Shown piece by piece: positions 41,599 to 51,224 of a stretch of 64,000 nt of DNA; position 1 is the first letter of the stretch; each line of letters opens with the position of its first letter. Origin of the DNA: an uncultured Planctomycetota bacterium (lineage in GTDB: Bacteria > Planctomycetota > Planctomycetia > Pirellulales > Lacipirellulaceae); the NCBI GenBank assembly GCA_963719315.1, contig CAVRBU010000003.1, positions 352,001-416,000 on the forward strand, written 5' to 3'. The notes under the pieces are model-generated. The model was not told where the DNA came from. It was given only the letters and a program-made list of their open reading frames with translations, and did not search any database. The translations under genes were made by a program, and so were the position numbers.

Positions 41599-41877
41599 AT
41601 GAAATTTGCAGTTGAATCGAATCAATTCCAACACGCATGGAGCAATCGTATGGTCAGCATCAACCGTGATTGGTTCAATGAAAGATTCGCGTTTAAAGGC
41701 GACGTAGCGGACCTGCAATCCAACCCCGTTCGCCATTACGATCCAACGCTCGGCCGCTGGTTAAGTGAAGACCCGATCGGCTTCAACGCCGATAGTGCGA
41801 ACGTCTGTAGCTACGTTGCACCGCGTCAGACACCTACAGGTCAGAAAAGTGGTCAGAACTATTATCGTCATAAATAG
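41599..41877 (+). CDS. Minimal Rhs-core stub 1
   Basis: RHYDPTLGRWLSEDPIGF...NVCSYV Rhs core motif. Confidence 0.75.
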   Translation: MKFAVESNQFQHAWSNRMVSINRDWFNERFAFKGDVADLQSNPVRHYDPTLGRWLSEDPIGFNADSANVCSYVAPRQTPTGQKSGQNYYRHK

Positions 41878-41891
41878 TTCTGACCCCTTTT
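41845..41891. repeat. Hairpin B
   Basis: aaaagtggtcagaactatt-N9-aatagttctgacccctttt. Confidence 0.8.
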
Positions 41892-41899
41892 CTAACTCC

Positions 41900-42199
41900 A
41901 TGAAGCAACGAATAAAGAACATATTGCTGTCCGGGCTAATTGGCATCTCAGTAACGACGTTCGGTATTATGGTAGCCTATATTTCAGGAGGAAGTTCCAT
42001 CGGTCGCTTATTGTATTGGCAAGGCTATTTGTTGCAGAGTTTCGTGCCAGCTCCTAATCTCGGTCCACCGACCGACCCACACTTTGAAGCAACACCTATT
42101 CACATGTTTGCATTCTTTTTGGGAATTCCACTTGGCATCTTGATTTACTCGATACTATCGTATGCAGTGATATCAATGGCGCAAAGAAAGATGAACTAG
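41900..42199 (+). CDS. Small membrane protein, putative immunity protein
   Basis: AT-rich 99-aa ORF with TM helices directly after hairpin B. Confidence 0.6.
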   Translation: MKQRIKNILLSGLIGISVTTFGIMVAYISGGSSIGRLLYWQGYLLQSFVPAPNLGPPTDPHFEATPIHMFAFFLGIPLGILIYSILSYAVISMAQRKMN

Positions 42200-42274
42200 A
42201 GTGGACGTGTCAAATCCTGGGGCTACCATCTCGATTCTTCTAAAACGGAAACGGAAAACGAAACGGACAACGGG

Positions 42275-43237
42275 TCAGAACGATTTTTTGTCGAAAAACA
42301 GTTCTGCCCTGCTCAGTAGAAAACCTAGGTGTTGTCTGAGAATCGAGATGTTGTGAGTGAGTGTTTTGAGGAGCAGGAGTCGGCAGCGGCGCCAGTGGGT
42401 GCGGGCGTTGACGACTTCTCCCGAGAGACGTTTGATCATCGAGTAGACGGTTTCCACCTGCCAACGTTGTCCATAACGACTTTCGTGCAAATGACGTTTC
42501 ATCTGCTTTCGATAGCGGCCCACGGGTTCCCCGGCCGGCGGTCGGCCGTGCTCGGCGGGGATCAGGGACTGAATCCCCAGTTCGTCGCGGGCCAACACGT
42601 GGTTGGCTTCGCTGTCGAAGCCGGCGTCCGCCGCGACCGCCTTCACTCCGGTGCGAGCCTGCGCTTCGACGACGAGCGGGCGGAAATCGCCGAAGTCGGG
42701 CCGCGGTCCCTGGCTAGCCCGGGCCGCCAGGCAGAAATGACTCGTCGTGTCGCAGACCACGCCCAGCTTGGGGTAGCGGCGATAGGAGACGGCGCACGTT
42801 CGTCCGTGTTTTCCCACCTTTTTTCGACGCCAGGCATAGTAGCGACTGGTGTGCCGCGCTTCGAAGCCGCTGGTGTCGATGGCTGCCAATCGCACGGAGC
42901 GGCGGAGCAGCTTGGCCTTCCGTGCCCGCTGGACCGTGGCCGTGATCAGCCGTTGAAACGACTTCTTCACCAACAACCGATCGGCCGACTTTTGCAGCGT
43001 CGTGAAGTGGGGCACCTTTTCCAGGCCGATCGCTTCGCACAGCGAATCGCTGTCCGCCAACAGGCCAACGGTGCCCCGATAGGTCAGGTTGTAAAAATCC
43101 TTGAGCACCAGACAGGCAAACAGTTGATGCTGCGTGAAGACCCGTGGGCTGAACCGATGCGAGTACCGCGGCAGCGAAGCCTGGGCCACGGCCAGTGCCT
43201 CGACCAACACGCGCTTCGGACTCTTGCTCGTCTTCAT
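42275..43237 (-). CDS. DDE transposase (IS5-like)
   Basis: PHFTTLQK, AIDTSG, ADAGFDS, YGQRWQVETVYSMIKR. Confidence 0.9.
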   Translation of the reverse strand: MKTSKSPKRVLVEALAVAQASLPRYSHRFSPRVFTQHQLFACLVLKDFYNLTYRGTVGLLADSDSLCEAIGLEKVPHFTTLQKSADRLLVKKSFQRLITATVQRARKAKLLRRSVRLAAIDTSGFEARHTSRYYAWRRKKVGKHGRTCAVSYRRYPKLGVVCDTTSHFCLAARASQGPRPDFGDFRPLVVEAQARTGVKAVAADAGFDSEANHVLARDELGIQSLIPAEHGRPPAGEPVGRYRKQMKRHLHESRYGQRWQVETVYSMIKRLSGEVVNARTHWRRCRLLLLKTLTHNISILRQHLGFLLSRAELFFDKKSF

Positions 43238-43301
43238 CCACCGTCATACGAACCAACACACACCGATGTTTAGCTAGCATTCAGACGTTTTCTACTGAGC
43301 A
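42310..43301 (-). mobile_element. IS5-family-like insertion sequence inserted in hairpin C
   Basis: Perfect 15-bp terminal IR TGCTCAGTAGAAAAC; 9-bp target duplication GTTCTGCCC at 42301-42309 and 43302-43310. Confidence 0.9.
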
Positions 43302-43429
43302 GTTCTGCCCCCTTTCTGACCCTAACATGCACTGCGACACCAGTTTTGGATGTTCCATTTACATATTGGTATATTGGCCCTTGGTTCCATGCAGATTAAT
43401 TCTCCACGCCGCTAGCGGCTTACCTACCG

Positions 43430-43726
43430 ATGTTGTTCGCACGGATTGACCCTCGTTATTCGACATATTTGCGCATGAATTTTGCGCTAATGTGTTTGAT
43501 GCTGTTGATTGTCGCGTTATTAGACGCCGAAGAAGGCGATCAGTTATTCCTTCTTGTTGGCTTGCTTGGAATTAGCTTCGTCTATTTTGCTGTCGCGAGC
43601 AGATTGGTTCGCCGTGAGAACGTGGAAGTACCACGGGCCACGCTTGCGATCTTGAAGTGGTCATTTTCAGCAATGTTGTCTTTAGAAATCGGAATATATT
43701 TTGTCATTTTAATTTTGCGCAATTGA
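43430..43726 (+). CDS. Small membrane protein, putative immunity protein (start uncertain)
   Basis: Three hydrophobic helices, AT-rich, followed by an Rhs stub. Confidence 0.5.
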   Translation: MLFARIDPRYSTYLRMNFALMCLMLLIVALLDAEEGDQLFLLVGLLGISFVYFAVASRLVRRENVEVPRATLAILKWSFSAMLSLEIGIYFVILILRN

Positions 43727-43737
43727 GGGGCTTGCGT

Positions 43738-43950
43738 GTGATTCGCCATCCTCAAGCAAAGCCGACCCCATTCCAATACGCATGGAGCAATCGTATGGTC
43801 AGCATCAACCGTGAGTTGTTCAGCGACGACTTCAAAGGCGAAGCGACGGACCTGCAATCCAATCCCACCCGCTGGTACGATCCAACGCTCGGCCGCTGGT
43901 TGATTGAAGACCCTGTTGGCTTCAGCGCCGACAATGCAAAGATTAAGTAA
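43738..43950 (+). CDS. Minimal Rhs-core stub 2
   Basis: FQYAWSNRMVSINR...RWYDPTLGRWLIEDPVGF; DNA direct repeat of stub 1. Confidence 0.7.
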   Translation: MIRHPQAKPTPFQYAWSNRMVSINRELFSDDFKGEATDLQSNPTRWYDPTLGRWLIEDPVGFSADNAKIK

Positions 43951-43990
43951 AGGGGACGGGAGTCATTGTTACATGATTTGACTCCCGTCC
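43949..43990. repeat. Hairpin D, interrupted by an IS end
   Basis: aaaggggacgggagtca-loop-tgactcccgtcc, followed by the IS terminal IR. Confidence 0.8.
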
Positions 43991-44460
43991 GGCTCTGTAG
44001 AAAACATGCCTAGCTAGCTAAACATCCGTGCACCACAACTGCGTACAGCAGTTGTGGCGGTAACCAGTTAATCTCCGAAGGCGGTGGTGTTGGCCGCGTT
44101 GGCGACGGCGCGGCGGGCGTTGCCGGAGTATGCGCACCGCTATAGTCCCAGGAAGTTCACGCAGCATCAGTTGTTCGCCTGCCTGGTGCTGAAGAACTTT
44201 TTGCGGACCGACTACTGCGGCCTGGCGGCCCACCTGGAAGATCATCCGTCGCTGCTCGCCCTGTTGGAACTGAAGCAGGTTCCCCACTTCACCACGTTTC
44301 AGAAAGCAGCGCATCGCTTACTGCTCACAGCACCCGCGCGACAACTTCTGGAGTCCACCGTTCGCCTCCACCTGGGCCGGCGGAGACGGGTGAAGCGGGC
44401 GGCGATCGATTCGACGGGCCTCGAATGCAGTTGTGCCAGCGGCTACTTCGTCCGCCGCCC
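43991..44460 (+). mobile_element. Truncated IS5-like element related to the one at 42310-43301
   Basis: IR GGCTCTGTAGAAAAC; transposase N-half FTQHQLFACLVLK, PHFTTFQK, AIDSTG; early TAA; similarity ends at GYFVRR. Confidence 0.85.
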
Positions 44461-44595
44461 AACGGATCGGGCACCGCGGCTGGCCTGCTCAGCAGCGCTA
44501 TACCCGAACCGGCGGCGTGGCTCATCCTGCTCACGGGGCTTGTGGCGATGCTCGTTGGTCGCCGCGGTGGTACGCCAGTTTGCCGTGACGAGTGA
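44461..44595 (+). pseudogene. Orphan 3' end of a PEP-CTERM gene
   Basis: NGSGTAAGLLSSAIPEPAAWLILLTGLVAMLVGRRGG...* with no start, fused to the IS remnant. Confidence 0.75.
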
Positions 44596-44921
44596 TGTCT
44601 GCTGTTCTCGCAGGCAGGAATCCTCTCGCAGAGCGAGTGGATTACACTCATCTTGGCCAACTACCGTCGCCGCTAATCGTGTGCTCGATTCACGGTTTTC
44701 TGGTATCATAAGGTTGGAGGCCGAGGCAGTCGCGGCGGCACTACTGCTTTGTCACAGCTTGCTTTTGAGATTAGCCGCGGGGCGCTAGCCCCCGGTTGGA
44801 GCGGCACATACCGGGGGCTAGCGCCCTGCGGCTGATGCGCCCAACCCCAATTTTTAGCTGTGACAAAGCACTACGTGCCTCTAATCTCTTCACAACGGAA
44901 CCCTTGCCGACAACGGAACAG

Positions 44922-46621
44922 ATGAAGCAGTGGCCGACATATCTCGTTAGCGCGGCCATTCTGCTGCTGATGGGCCTGAAGTCCGCGCTGGCCATTGACG
45001 GCGGCACGCTGCGCGTGAATCCGCGCAACGGCTGGCGGGCGTTCGAGGTCATTTCGGTCGGCGACAATCCGGCTGGAGATGGCTTCACCTGGGCAATGCC
45101 CGGCGTGTTCGACGGCGTTGGCGCCTGGTTGCCGGATGCCGCGACCTTGCGATTGGAGATCAATCACGAAGTCTCCGACGGCACGGTGAGCGAGGTGAAT
45201 CTCAATCTGGCCAACTTCCAAACCGCGATTCGCAATGTCATCGGCGGCGGTTCCACCGGCGGCGCGACGTTCGTCGAATCGGCCCGACAGGCGTATGGCC
45301 GTTGGAGCAACGACGGCGGTACAAACTGGATTACGACCGTCAACGTCTCCAATACGAGCTTTAGCAAGTATTGCTCCGGCCAGTCGTACCGGCCCGACAC
45401 GTTTGGCGCGGGCGCGGATTCGTGGACAACATCTACATCACGGGCGAAGAGTTCACCACGACCAACCGCTTGTTCGCCATCGACCTTGCGAACCGCGACT
45501 TTTATCGGCTCAGCGGCGTCGCCGGCAGCGCGAGCGGAGGAATCGGCGGCATGCCCTTCGATTCTTTTGAAAACGCGGCGCTGTTGGATACGGGCGAGAC
45601 CAATCATGTGGCGCTGCTGCTCTCGCCGGACGGCGGCTCGCAAATCATGCAGCTCTATATCGGCGAGAAGGGCAAGGACACTGCCGGGAACGCTTCGGGC
45701 AGCTTCCTGGCCCGCAACGGATTGGCCTACGGCAGTTACTACTATTTGAACGATACGCTGCCCGCGAACGGCACATCGAGCGACGGGTTTTTCGACACGA
45801 CGACCGCGGGCGGCTTGTATTCCTATAAGTTGGAGGACGTCGATACCAATCCGAACAATCCGACGCAGGTCGCGCTGGGAGTTCAGGAGACGGGGTTGTT
45901 CACATTCGATTTCAATCTCGACTTCAGCGGGGGAAGCTTTAACGCCGCGGCGTCCGGTTTCTCGATCACTAAGATTCAGAATCACAACAACGATACCGAT
46001 GGATTGTTCGGCGACGCCGACAACGTCGATTGGACCGCGGCCACGACGCTGAATGGCGTGAGCTACCCGAACGGTCTGATTTTCGTCAATGAAGACAGCG
46101 GCACTTCCAACGGCGAGACGTGGATGATGTCGCCCAACGGCAGCGGGTTGACGAAGATCGCCGATACGGCGCCGACCGATGCGGCCACGACGGAAACATC
46201 CGGCATCCTCGATATCTCCACGCTCGTGGGCTTCAAACCCGGCAGCATTCTGGTGACCAGCAATCAGGGGACGGCGTCTTCGCTCAGCGTGCTGATCAAC
46301 CCCTATGCGGCGCTGCGGGGCGATTTCAACGGCGACGGCATCGTGGACGGCGCCGACTACGTGGCGTGGCGCAAAGATCTCGGAACGACATACATGCAAG
46401 ATGATTTCGACATCTGGCGGGAACAATTCAGTCTAACATCCGGCAGCGCGGCGGGGACGATCGTCGGCTCAGCGAATTACGCCGTGCCCGAGCCAGCGAT
46501 CACCAGCCTGTTAGCTGCGGCCGCGATGGTGGCTATGAGCGCCAGGAGAAATACAACATCGGGCCCCGGCGGTCCTTTTTTGGCGAACCGGGCTCATGCT
46601 TGGCTGGCATGGCAAGCCTAA
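44922..46621 (+). CDS. PhoX-like phosphatase/beta-propeller with dockerin-like repeat and PEP-CTERM (frameshift near 45413)
   Basis: YCSG, FENAAL, KLED, DADNVD, VNED, ETSGILDIS resemble PhoX motifs; GDFNGDGIVDGADYVAWR; VPEPA. Confidence 0.65.
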
Positions 46622-46731
46622 TGTGGTGGAGAAATTGGGTAAGAGGGTTCAAATTTGCGGTCGAGTTGTGTACGATACGAATGTTTTCCAAAAGGGTCTG
46701 ATGAGTAGCACAATGTAGTAAGGGATGTCTA

Positions 46732-47502
46732 ATGGCTGCACGACGATTGACGACCTTAATGCTGGGTACTGGCTTGGCACTCTTGATGGCGGGTGGAACG
46801 GTCAAGGCCGGAACGTTTCCCGTCTTCACGAATTCTTTCGACACCGTCGTTGGAATCTCGTTCTCGATTGGCGGCGGCCCCGATCTGACCGGTTATTACG
46901 TGGATGATCCCGACCCTCGCGTCGGCAGCGTCAACGCGCAGGCGCTATTGAGGCAAGTAAAAATCTATGGATTCAAATTGCCCGTACTCGACGCTCCGAC
47001 AATCGCATCCGCGGAGTTGATCCTTTCTTCCGCCACGTTGAATAACCCCGACAATGCGTTCAATCTCGATCTGTACGGCCTCAACACTTCCAATCCGGAC
47101 GTTACGGGTACAACGCTTTTCTTTCAAGGCGACGACGATTTCAGTCAACAGAAGTTGGCCGACCCATACGTAATGGGCAGTGGCTTCGGCCCGACCGCCG
47201 GTCCTCACATCGCGGACGCCACCGCGTTCATTCAAGGACTGTACTCGGGCACGACGCCGACGCAATCGGAAGCGTTTTTCCGGCTGAATCCCGACACGGC
47301 GTTCTTTGTGTCGCCGCCCAATGTCAATGAATTCATTAGCGCGGATTTCTTAGTAAATGGTTTCTTATTGATTACCACGATACCGGAGCCCGCATCGGTA
47401 CTGCTCCTACTTCCAGCCGTCCTAATCGCTCCGTTGGTTGGGCGCCGTCGCTCGATGGCGACCATCTTGCCGGATTCGATCCTCTGCCCGGTGAGGTGTT
47501 GA
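46732..47502 (+). CDS. PEP-CTERM protein of unknown function
   Basis: Signal peptide; IPEPASVLLLL...GRRR. Confidence 0.8.
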   Translation: MAARRLTTLMLGTGLALLMAGGTVKAGTFPVFTNSFDTVVGISFSIGGGPDLTGYYVDDPDPRVGSVNAQALLRQVKIYGFKLPVLDAPTIASAELILSSATLNNPDNAFNLDLYGLNTSNPDVTGTTLFFQGDDDFSQQKLADPYVMGSGFGPTAGPHIADATAFIQGLYSGTTPTQSEAFFRLNPDTAFFVSPPNVNEFISADFLVNGFLLITTIPEPASVLLLLPAVLIAPLVGRRRSMATILPDSILCPVRC

Positions 47503-47693
47503 CCCTCCTACATTTTCCGAGCGCGAGAAACTCGGTCCAAGATCGTCCGGCTCGCCCGGCATCCTATGTGGGGTTGATTTGGGCCATTTTTCGGGATGCG
47601 CAGATTCGGCTGCGCGTTTGTCGCTAGATTGGGCCGCGCGTTTCAGGCAGAGTGAAGGGTGAGCCGATCGAGGCGAAGCCACGCGAGAAACGC

Positions 47694-49364
47694 ATGATCC
47701 GACGCATTCTTACCGCTGCGACTTTCTGTACGCTCGCCATCGCCCTGACAACCGCGGCGCGCGGAGCGATCTCGCTCGATGCTAGTTTTGATTCTGGGTC
47801 GCTCATGTCGTACACGGTCAGCGGCAACACGATCAACCTGGTCGGGCGCAGCAATTTCTACGGCAATAACAAGTGGCGATGGCTGAGTTTCCAAGCCACC
47901 GACGTATTGAATATGCAGCCGACGTTTTCAATTCGCGGCGATTTGTTTGCCGGCGACAGCACGCCGGGACCACATGAGCTGAGCGAACATGAAATGGTTT
48001 ATTCGTACGACAACGTGAACTGGTCTTTCTTTGATAATAACGCATTGACGCCAACGCCCACGGATCCGAGAGGCTCACTACCTTCGCCAACGCAGTTCAA
48101 TTTTTCGAACAACACTCCATTCACACAAAACGAAGTGTATATCGCCTACGCGTTGCCGTACCCCTACAGCAAAATGGCTTCGCACACGCAAACCGTGTTA
48201 GCCTCGCCTTGGGCAGCGCCGACCGCATCGGGCAACGCCAGTGGAATTATCGGCCAGTCACCGGCCGGCACCGATGACTTGGGGCGAGCCGTTCCACCGC
48301 TCAACATGTACGCCTATCGAATTACCAATCCGGCGACCGACTCGCCCACGATCGAGAAGCGGAAGATCATGATTTCGACCGGGCTGCACGCCGGCGAGAC
48401 GTTGGGCAACTACACGTTCGAGGGCCTCGTCAACTGGCTGATTTCGGCTGACCCCCGCGCTGGCCGGTTGCGCGATGTGGCCGAAGTCCTTTGTTATCCG
48501 GAGCTCAACCCGGCCGGCCGATTTGCGGGAAACAGCCGAAGCACGGTGAGCAATTCCACAATCGATCCCAACGGTTTGTGGGACCCGACGCGCTGGCAGA
48601 ACAACAATAGTTCGAGCGTGAAATGTCCGGGAACGACGGCCTGCCAGGACATTCGCGTATCGGGGACGGCGATGTTGGCCGACGTTCAGTCCACGCCGGG
48701 TTTTCTGGATGCGTTCATCGATTTTCATTCGACTGTTCCCGACTACACGATCGACCCCGCCTCGGACGAAGCCCATAACGTCTGGGGACGTCCGGACGAC
48801 TTTGCTTACATCAATCCAGAGGACGTCAACGCCGACTGGTTTTTGGCACTGCAGGCGCTGCAACCGAATTTGCTCCACTATCAATCGACCAGCGGCAGCT
48901 ACACGACGACGGGTTACGCCCGACGCATTCTCGATCAGCGAGCGGCCGGCGTCACGCCGCGAGTAGTCGAGATGACGCTCGAAACCGCGTTCTCGTGGGA
49001 GCGAAACATCGACTACTATCACGACTTGGGCCAAAAAGTCGGAATCGCGTTTTACGAGGCTTGGGTGCCGCAAGTGGACGGCGATTTCACGGGCGACGGC
49101 ATTGTGGACGGGCGAGATTATGTTCTGTGGCGCGAATCGGTGGGCCAAACGGGCCCCGGACTGCAGGCCGACGGCAACCACGATAACATGGTCGATGTGA
49201 ACGACTACGATCTGTGGCGAGCGCATTTCGGCCAAACGTCAGGCAGCGGCGCGGGCCAAACCGCTCTTAAGGCCGTGCCAGAGCCCAGTTCCTTGCTCAT
49301 TTCTTTGGCCATCGCGGCGATTCTCTCCCTCCGGCGGCTTGGCATGAAACGTGACAAAGCATGA
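47694..49364 (+). CDS. M14 zinc carboxypeptidase with dockerin-like repeat and PEP-CTERM
   Basis: ASFDSG N-domain, YIAYALPYPYS, HAGE, NPAG, DFHS, TLE; VPEPSS. Confidence 0.85.
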   Translation: MIRRILTAATFCTLAIALTTAARGAISLDASFDSGSLMSYTVSGNTINLVGRSNFYGNNKWRWLSFQATDVLNMQPTFSIRGDLFAGDSTPGPHELSEHEMVYSYDNVNWSFFDNNALTPTPTDPRGSLPSPTQFNFSNNTPFTQNEVYIAYALPYPYSKMASHTQTVLASPWAAPTASGNASGIIGQSPAGTDDLGRAVPPLNMYAYRITNPATDSPTIEKRKIMISTGLHAGETLGNYTFEGLVNWLISADPRAGRLRDVAEVLCYPELNPAGRFAGNSRSTVSNSTIDPNGLWDPTRWQNNNSSSVKCPGTTACQDIRVSGTAMLADVQSTPGFLDAFIDFHSTVPDYTIDPASDEAHNVWGRPDDFAYINPEDVNADWFLALQALQPNLLHYQSTSGSYTTTGYARRILDQRAAGVTPRVVEMTLETAFSWERNIDYYHDLGQKVGIAFYEAWVPQVDGDFTGDGIVDGRDYVLWRESVGQTGPGLQADGNHDNMVDVNDYDLWRAHFGQTSGSGAGQTALKAVPEPSSLLISLAIAAILSLRRLGMKRDKA

Positions 49365-51063
49365 TGGTCCGTTACTAGCGACTTGGTGCGCCTGGGCGAT
49401 GTTCGCCGCGCCTTTTGCGGCTGCCGCTACCAACGAGATTACCGAGCCATTCGAGGGCGTGCGGTTGATTCACAGCACATCCACCGTGCCGCGACTGGTG
49501 GATATGTATGTGGTCGAGATCGATCTGTCCGCGCCCGGATTGGCTTTTCTGACGAGTCCATCGAACGGGTCGCTGGTCGGCGATGTTACGCCGCAAACGA
49601 CGCGGGCTTTTGTCCAGCAAGTTGGCGCCCAGATTGGCGTGAATGCGTCGTTCTTCGCCTCGGCTGGCAGCGGGCAGTTCAACGCGCTGGGATTGTCGGT
49701 TTCGAACGGTGACGCCTACTCGCAATTCGAGCCTGGGTTCGTCGATGCGCTGAATGTTTCGCTCAGTAACGTGGCGACAATTATTCGCGCAACGAGCACT
49801 TCGGGAACCGCGCATCAACCTGCGTCCTCTCTCTACAACGCGGTCGGCGGAAATACGCGGCTGGTTACCAACGGCGCAAACGTCGCCAACGGCGATCCGG
49901 CAATTCACCCGCGCACCGCCGCCGGTGTCACGGCGAATGGAAAACTGTTGCTGTTCAATGTGGACGGGCGCAACCCCGACCACAGCAACGGCTTGACCTA
50001 TGGCGAGATGGCCGACGTTCTCATACGGTGGGGCGCCCGCGATGCCATCAATCTCGATGGCGGTGGATCGACCACGTTGGTGATCGACAATCCCCGGACG
50101 GCGGCGAATGACCCGCAAGTTACAAACATTCCGAGCGATTTGCTCCCGAACGGCCAGCACGGGTTGGAACGGGCCGTAGCCAATAGTTTCGCGGTCTTTG
50201 CGCGAGAGCCTGCTGGGCCGACGGAAAACGAGTTCGTTTACGCAGATTTTGAAAATGGCGACGCGAGCACCTTCAACGCCGCACTTTCCTATTCGGGGTC
50301 GAACCGCGGCTTCAATCGCGATTTGTCCACGGCCACGGTCGTAAGCGGACAAGGGCACGACGGCTCGTGGTCGCAACGTTTGACGATCATCGACGATCCG
50401 AGTTCCGATGGCGACGTCAACAATCCGGGCGGCGCCTGGTTTGTGCGGCACGTTTCGGGAGTCGGCGCTCCGGCCAACAACGTGAGCCGCCCGGCGGTAG
50501 GTTCCGTGGGATTCTGGGCCAGAACAACGGATCCCGATTTGCGTGTTTCGATCGTCGTGGATGACCCGAGTCTCGCTACCGGTGAGCGCGGGATCGCGCA
50601 GTGCATGCTCGCCGACGGTCAGTGGCATCCGTACTTTTGGAAAGTCGACGACGAGAATCAATGGGAAGGGTGGGTGAGCGGAGATGGCAAGGTCGACGCG
50701 AGCTTTACGCTCGACTCGATTCAAGTATTCGGTCCCCCGCTTGGAGGAGCGAACCTCAACGCGACAATCGATATCGATGCCGTGACACACATCATGCCCG
50801 GTTATTTGCCGGGCGATTTCAACGGCGACTTTGTTGTCGATGGTTCGGATTATGTGGTATGGCGAAAAGGACTGGGCACGACTTTTACGCAAAGTGATTA
50901 CGACGTTTGGCGCTCGCACGTCGGTCAGCGAGCAGAGGTTGGATTGGGCTCCGCGACGGCATTTACCCACGGCGATTCCGTGCCGGAGCCGGCCGCGGTT
51001 TTGCTGCTACTCGTGGGCGCGGGCGTCGCGTCGATGCGTTCGGGCCGCCTTCGCGCGCGGTAA
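49351..51063 (+). CDS. Phosphodiester glycosidase (NAGPA-like) with dockerin-like repeat and PEP-CTERM
   Basis: VNASFF, HPRTAAG, VDGR, AINLDGGGSTTL; VPEPAA. Confidence 0.85.
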   Translation: MTKHDGPLLATWCAWAMFAAPFAAAATNEITEPFEGVRLIHSTSTVPRLVDMYVVEIDLSAPGLAFLTSPSNGSLVGDVTPQTTRAFVQQVGAQIGVNASFFASAGSGQFNALGLSVSNGDAYSQFEPGFVDALNVSLSNVATIIRATSTSGTAHQPASSLYNAVGGNTRLVTNGANVANGDPAIHPRTAAGVTANGKLLLFNVDGRNPDHSNGLTYGEMADVLIRWGARDAINLDGGGSTTLVIDNPRTAANDPQVTNIPSDLLPNGQHGLERAVANSFAVFAREPAGPTENEFVYADFENGDASTFNAALSYSGSNRGFNRDLSTATVVSGQGHDGSWSQRLTIIDDPSSDGDVNNPGGAWFVRHVSGVGAPANNVSRPAVGSVGFWARTTDPDLRVSIVVDDPSLATGERGIAQCMLADGQWHPYFWKVDDENQWEGWVSGDGKVDASFTLDSIQVFGPPLGGANLNATIDIDAVTHIMPGYLPGDFNGDFVVDGSDYVVWRKGLGTTFTQSDYDVWRSHVGQRAEVGLGSATAFTHGDSVPEPAAVLLLLVGAGVASMRSGRLRAR

Positions 51064-51224
51064 TCGCGGATTTCCTGATTCAACTATTTCTGTAGTCCTT
51101 CGGCGCTTACGAGTTGAAATAGTTTCCTTTTTGGCGATTTCTTGGTTGCCATCGCGGCCGCGGAAGGCGTATGCTATCGGTTACTTGAGGAAATGCCGCC
51201 GGCAAGATTCATTGGGGGTGACAC

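Noticed and set aside
40709..43990. CRISPR array or classical integron
   Set aside because: Repeats are not identical or regularly spaced, the spacers are gene-sized, no cas or intI gene is present, and canonical attC RYYYAAC/GTTRRRY ends were not recognised.
49375..50970. 531-aa minus-strand ORF
   Set aside because: Antisense shadow of the phosphodiester glycosidase gene.
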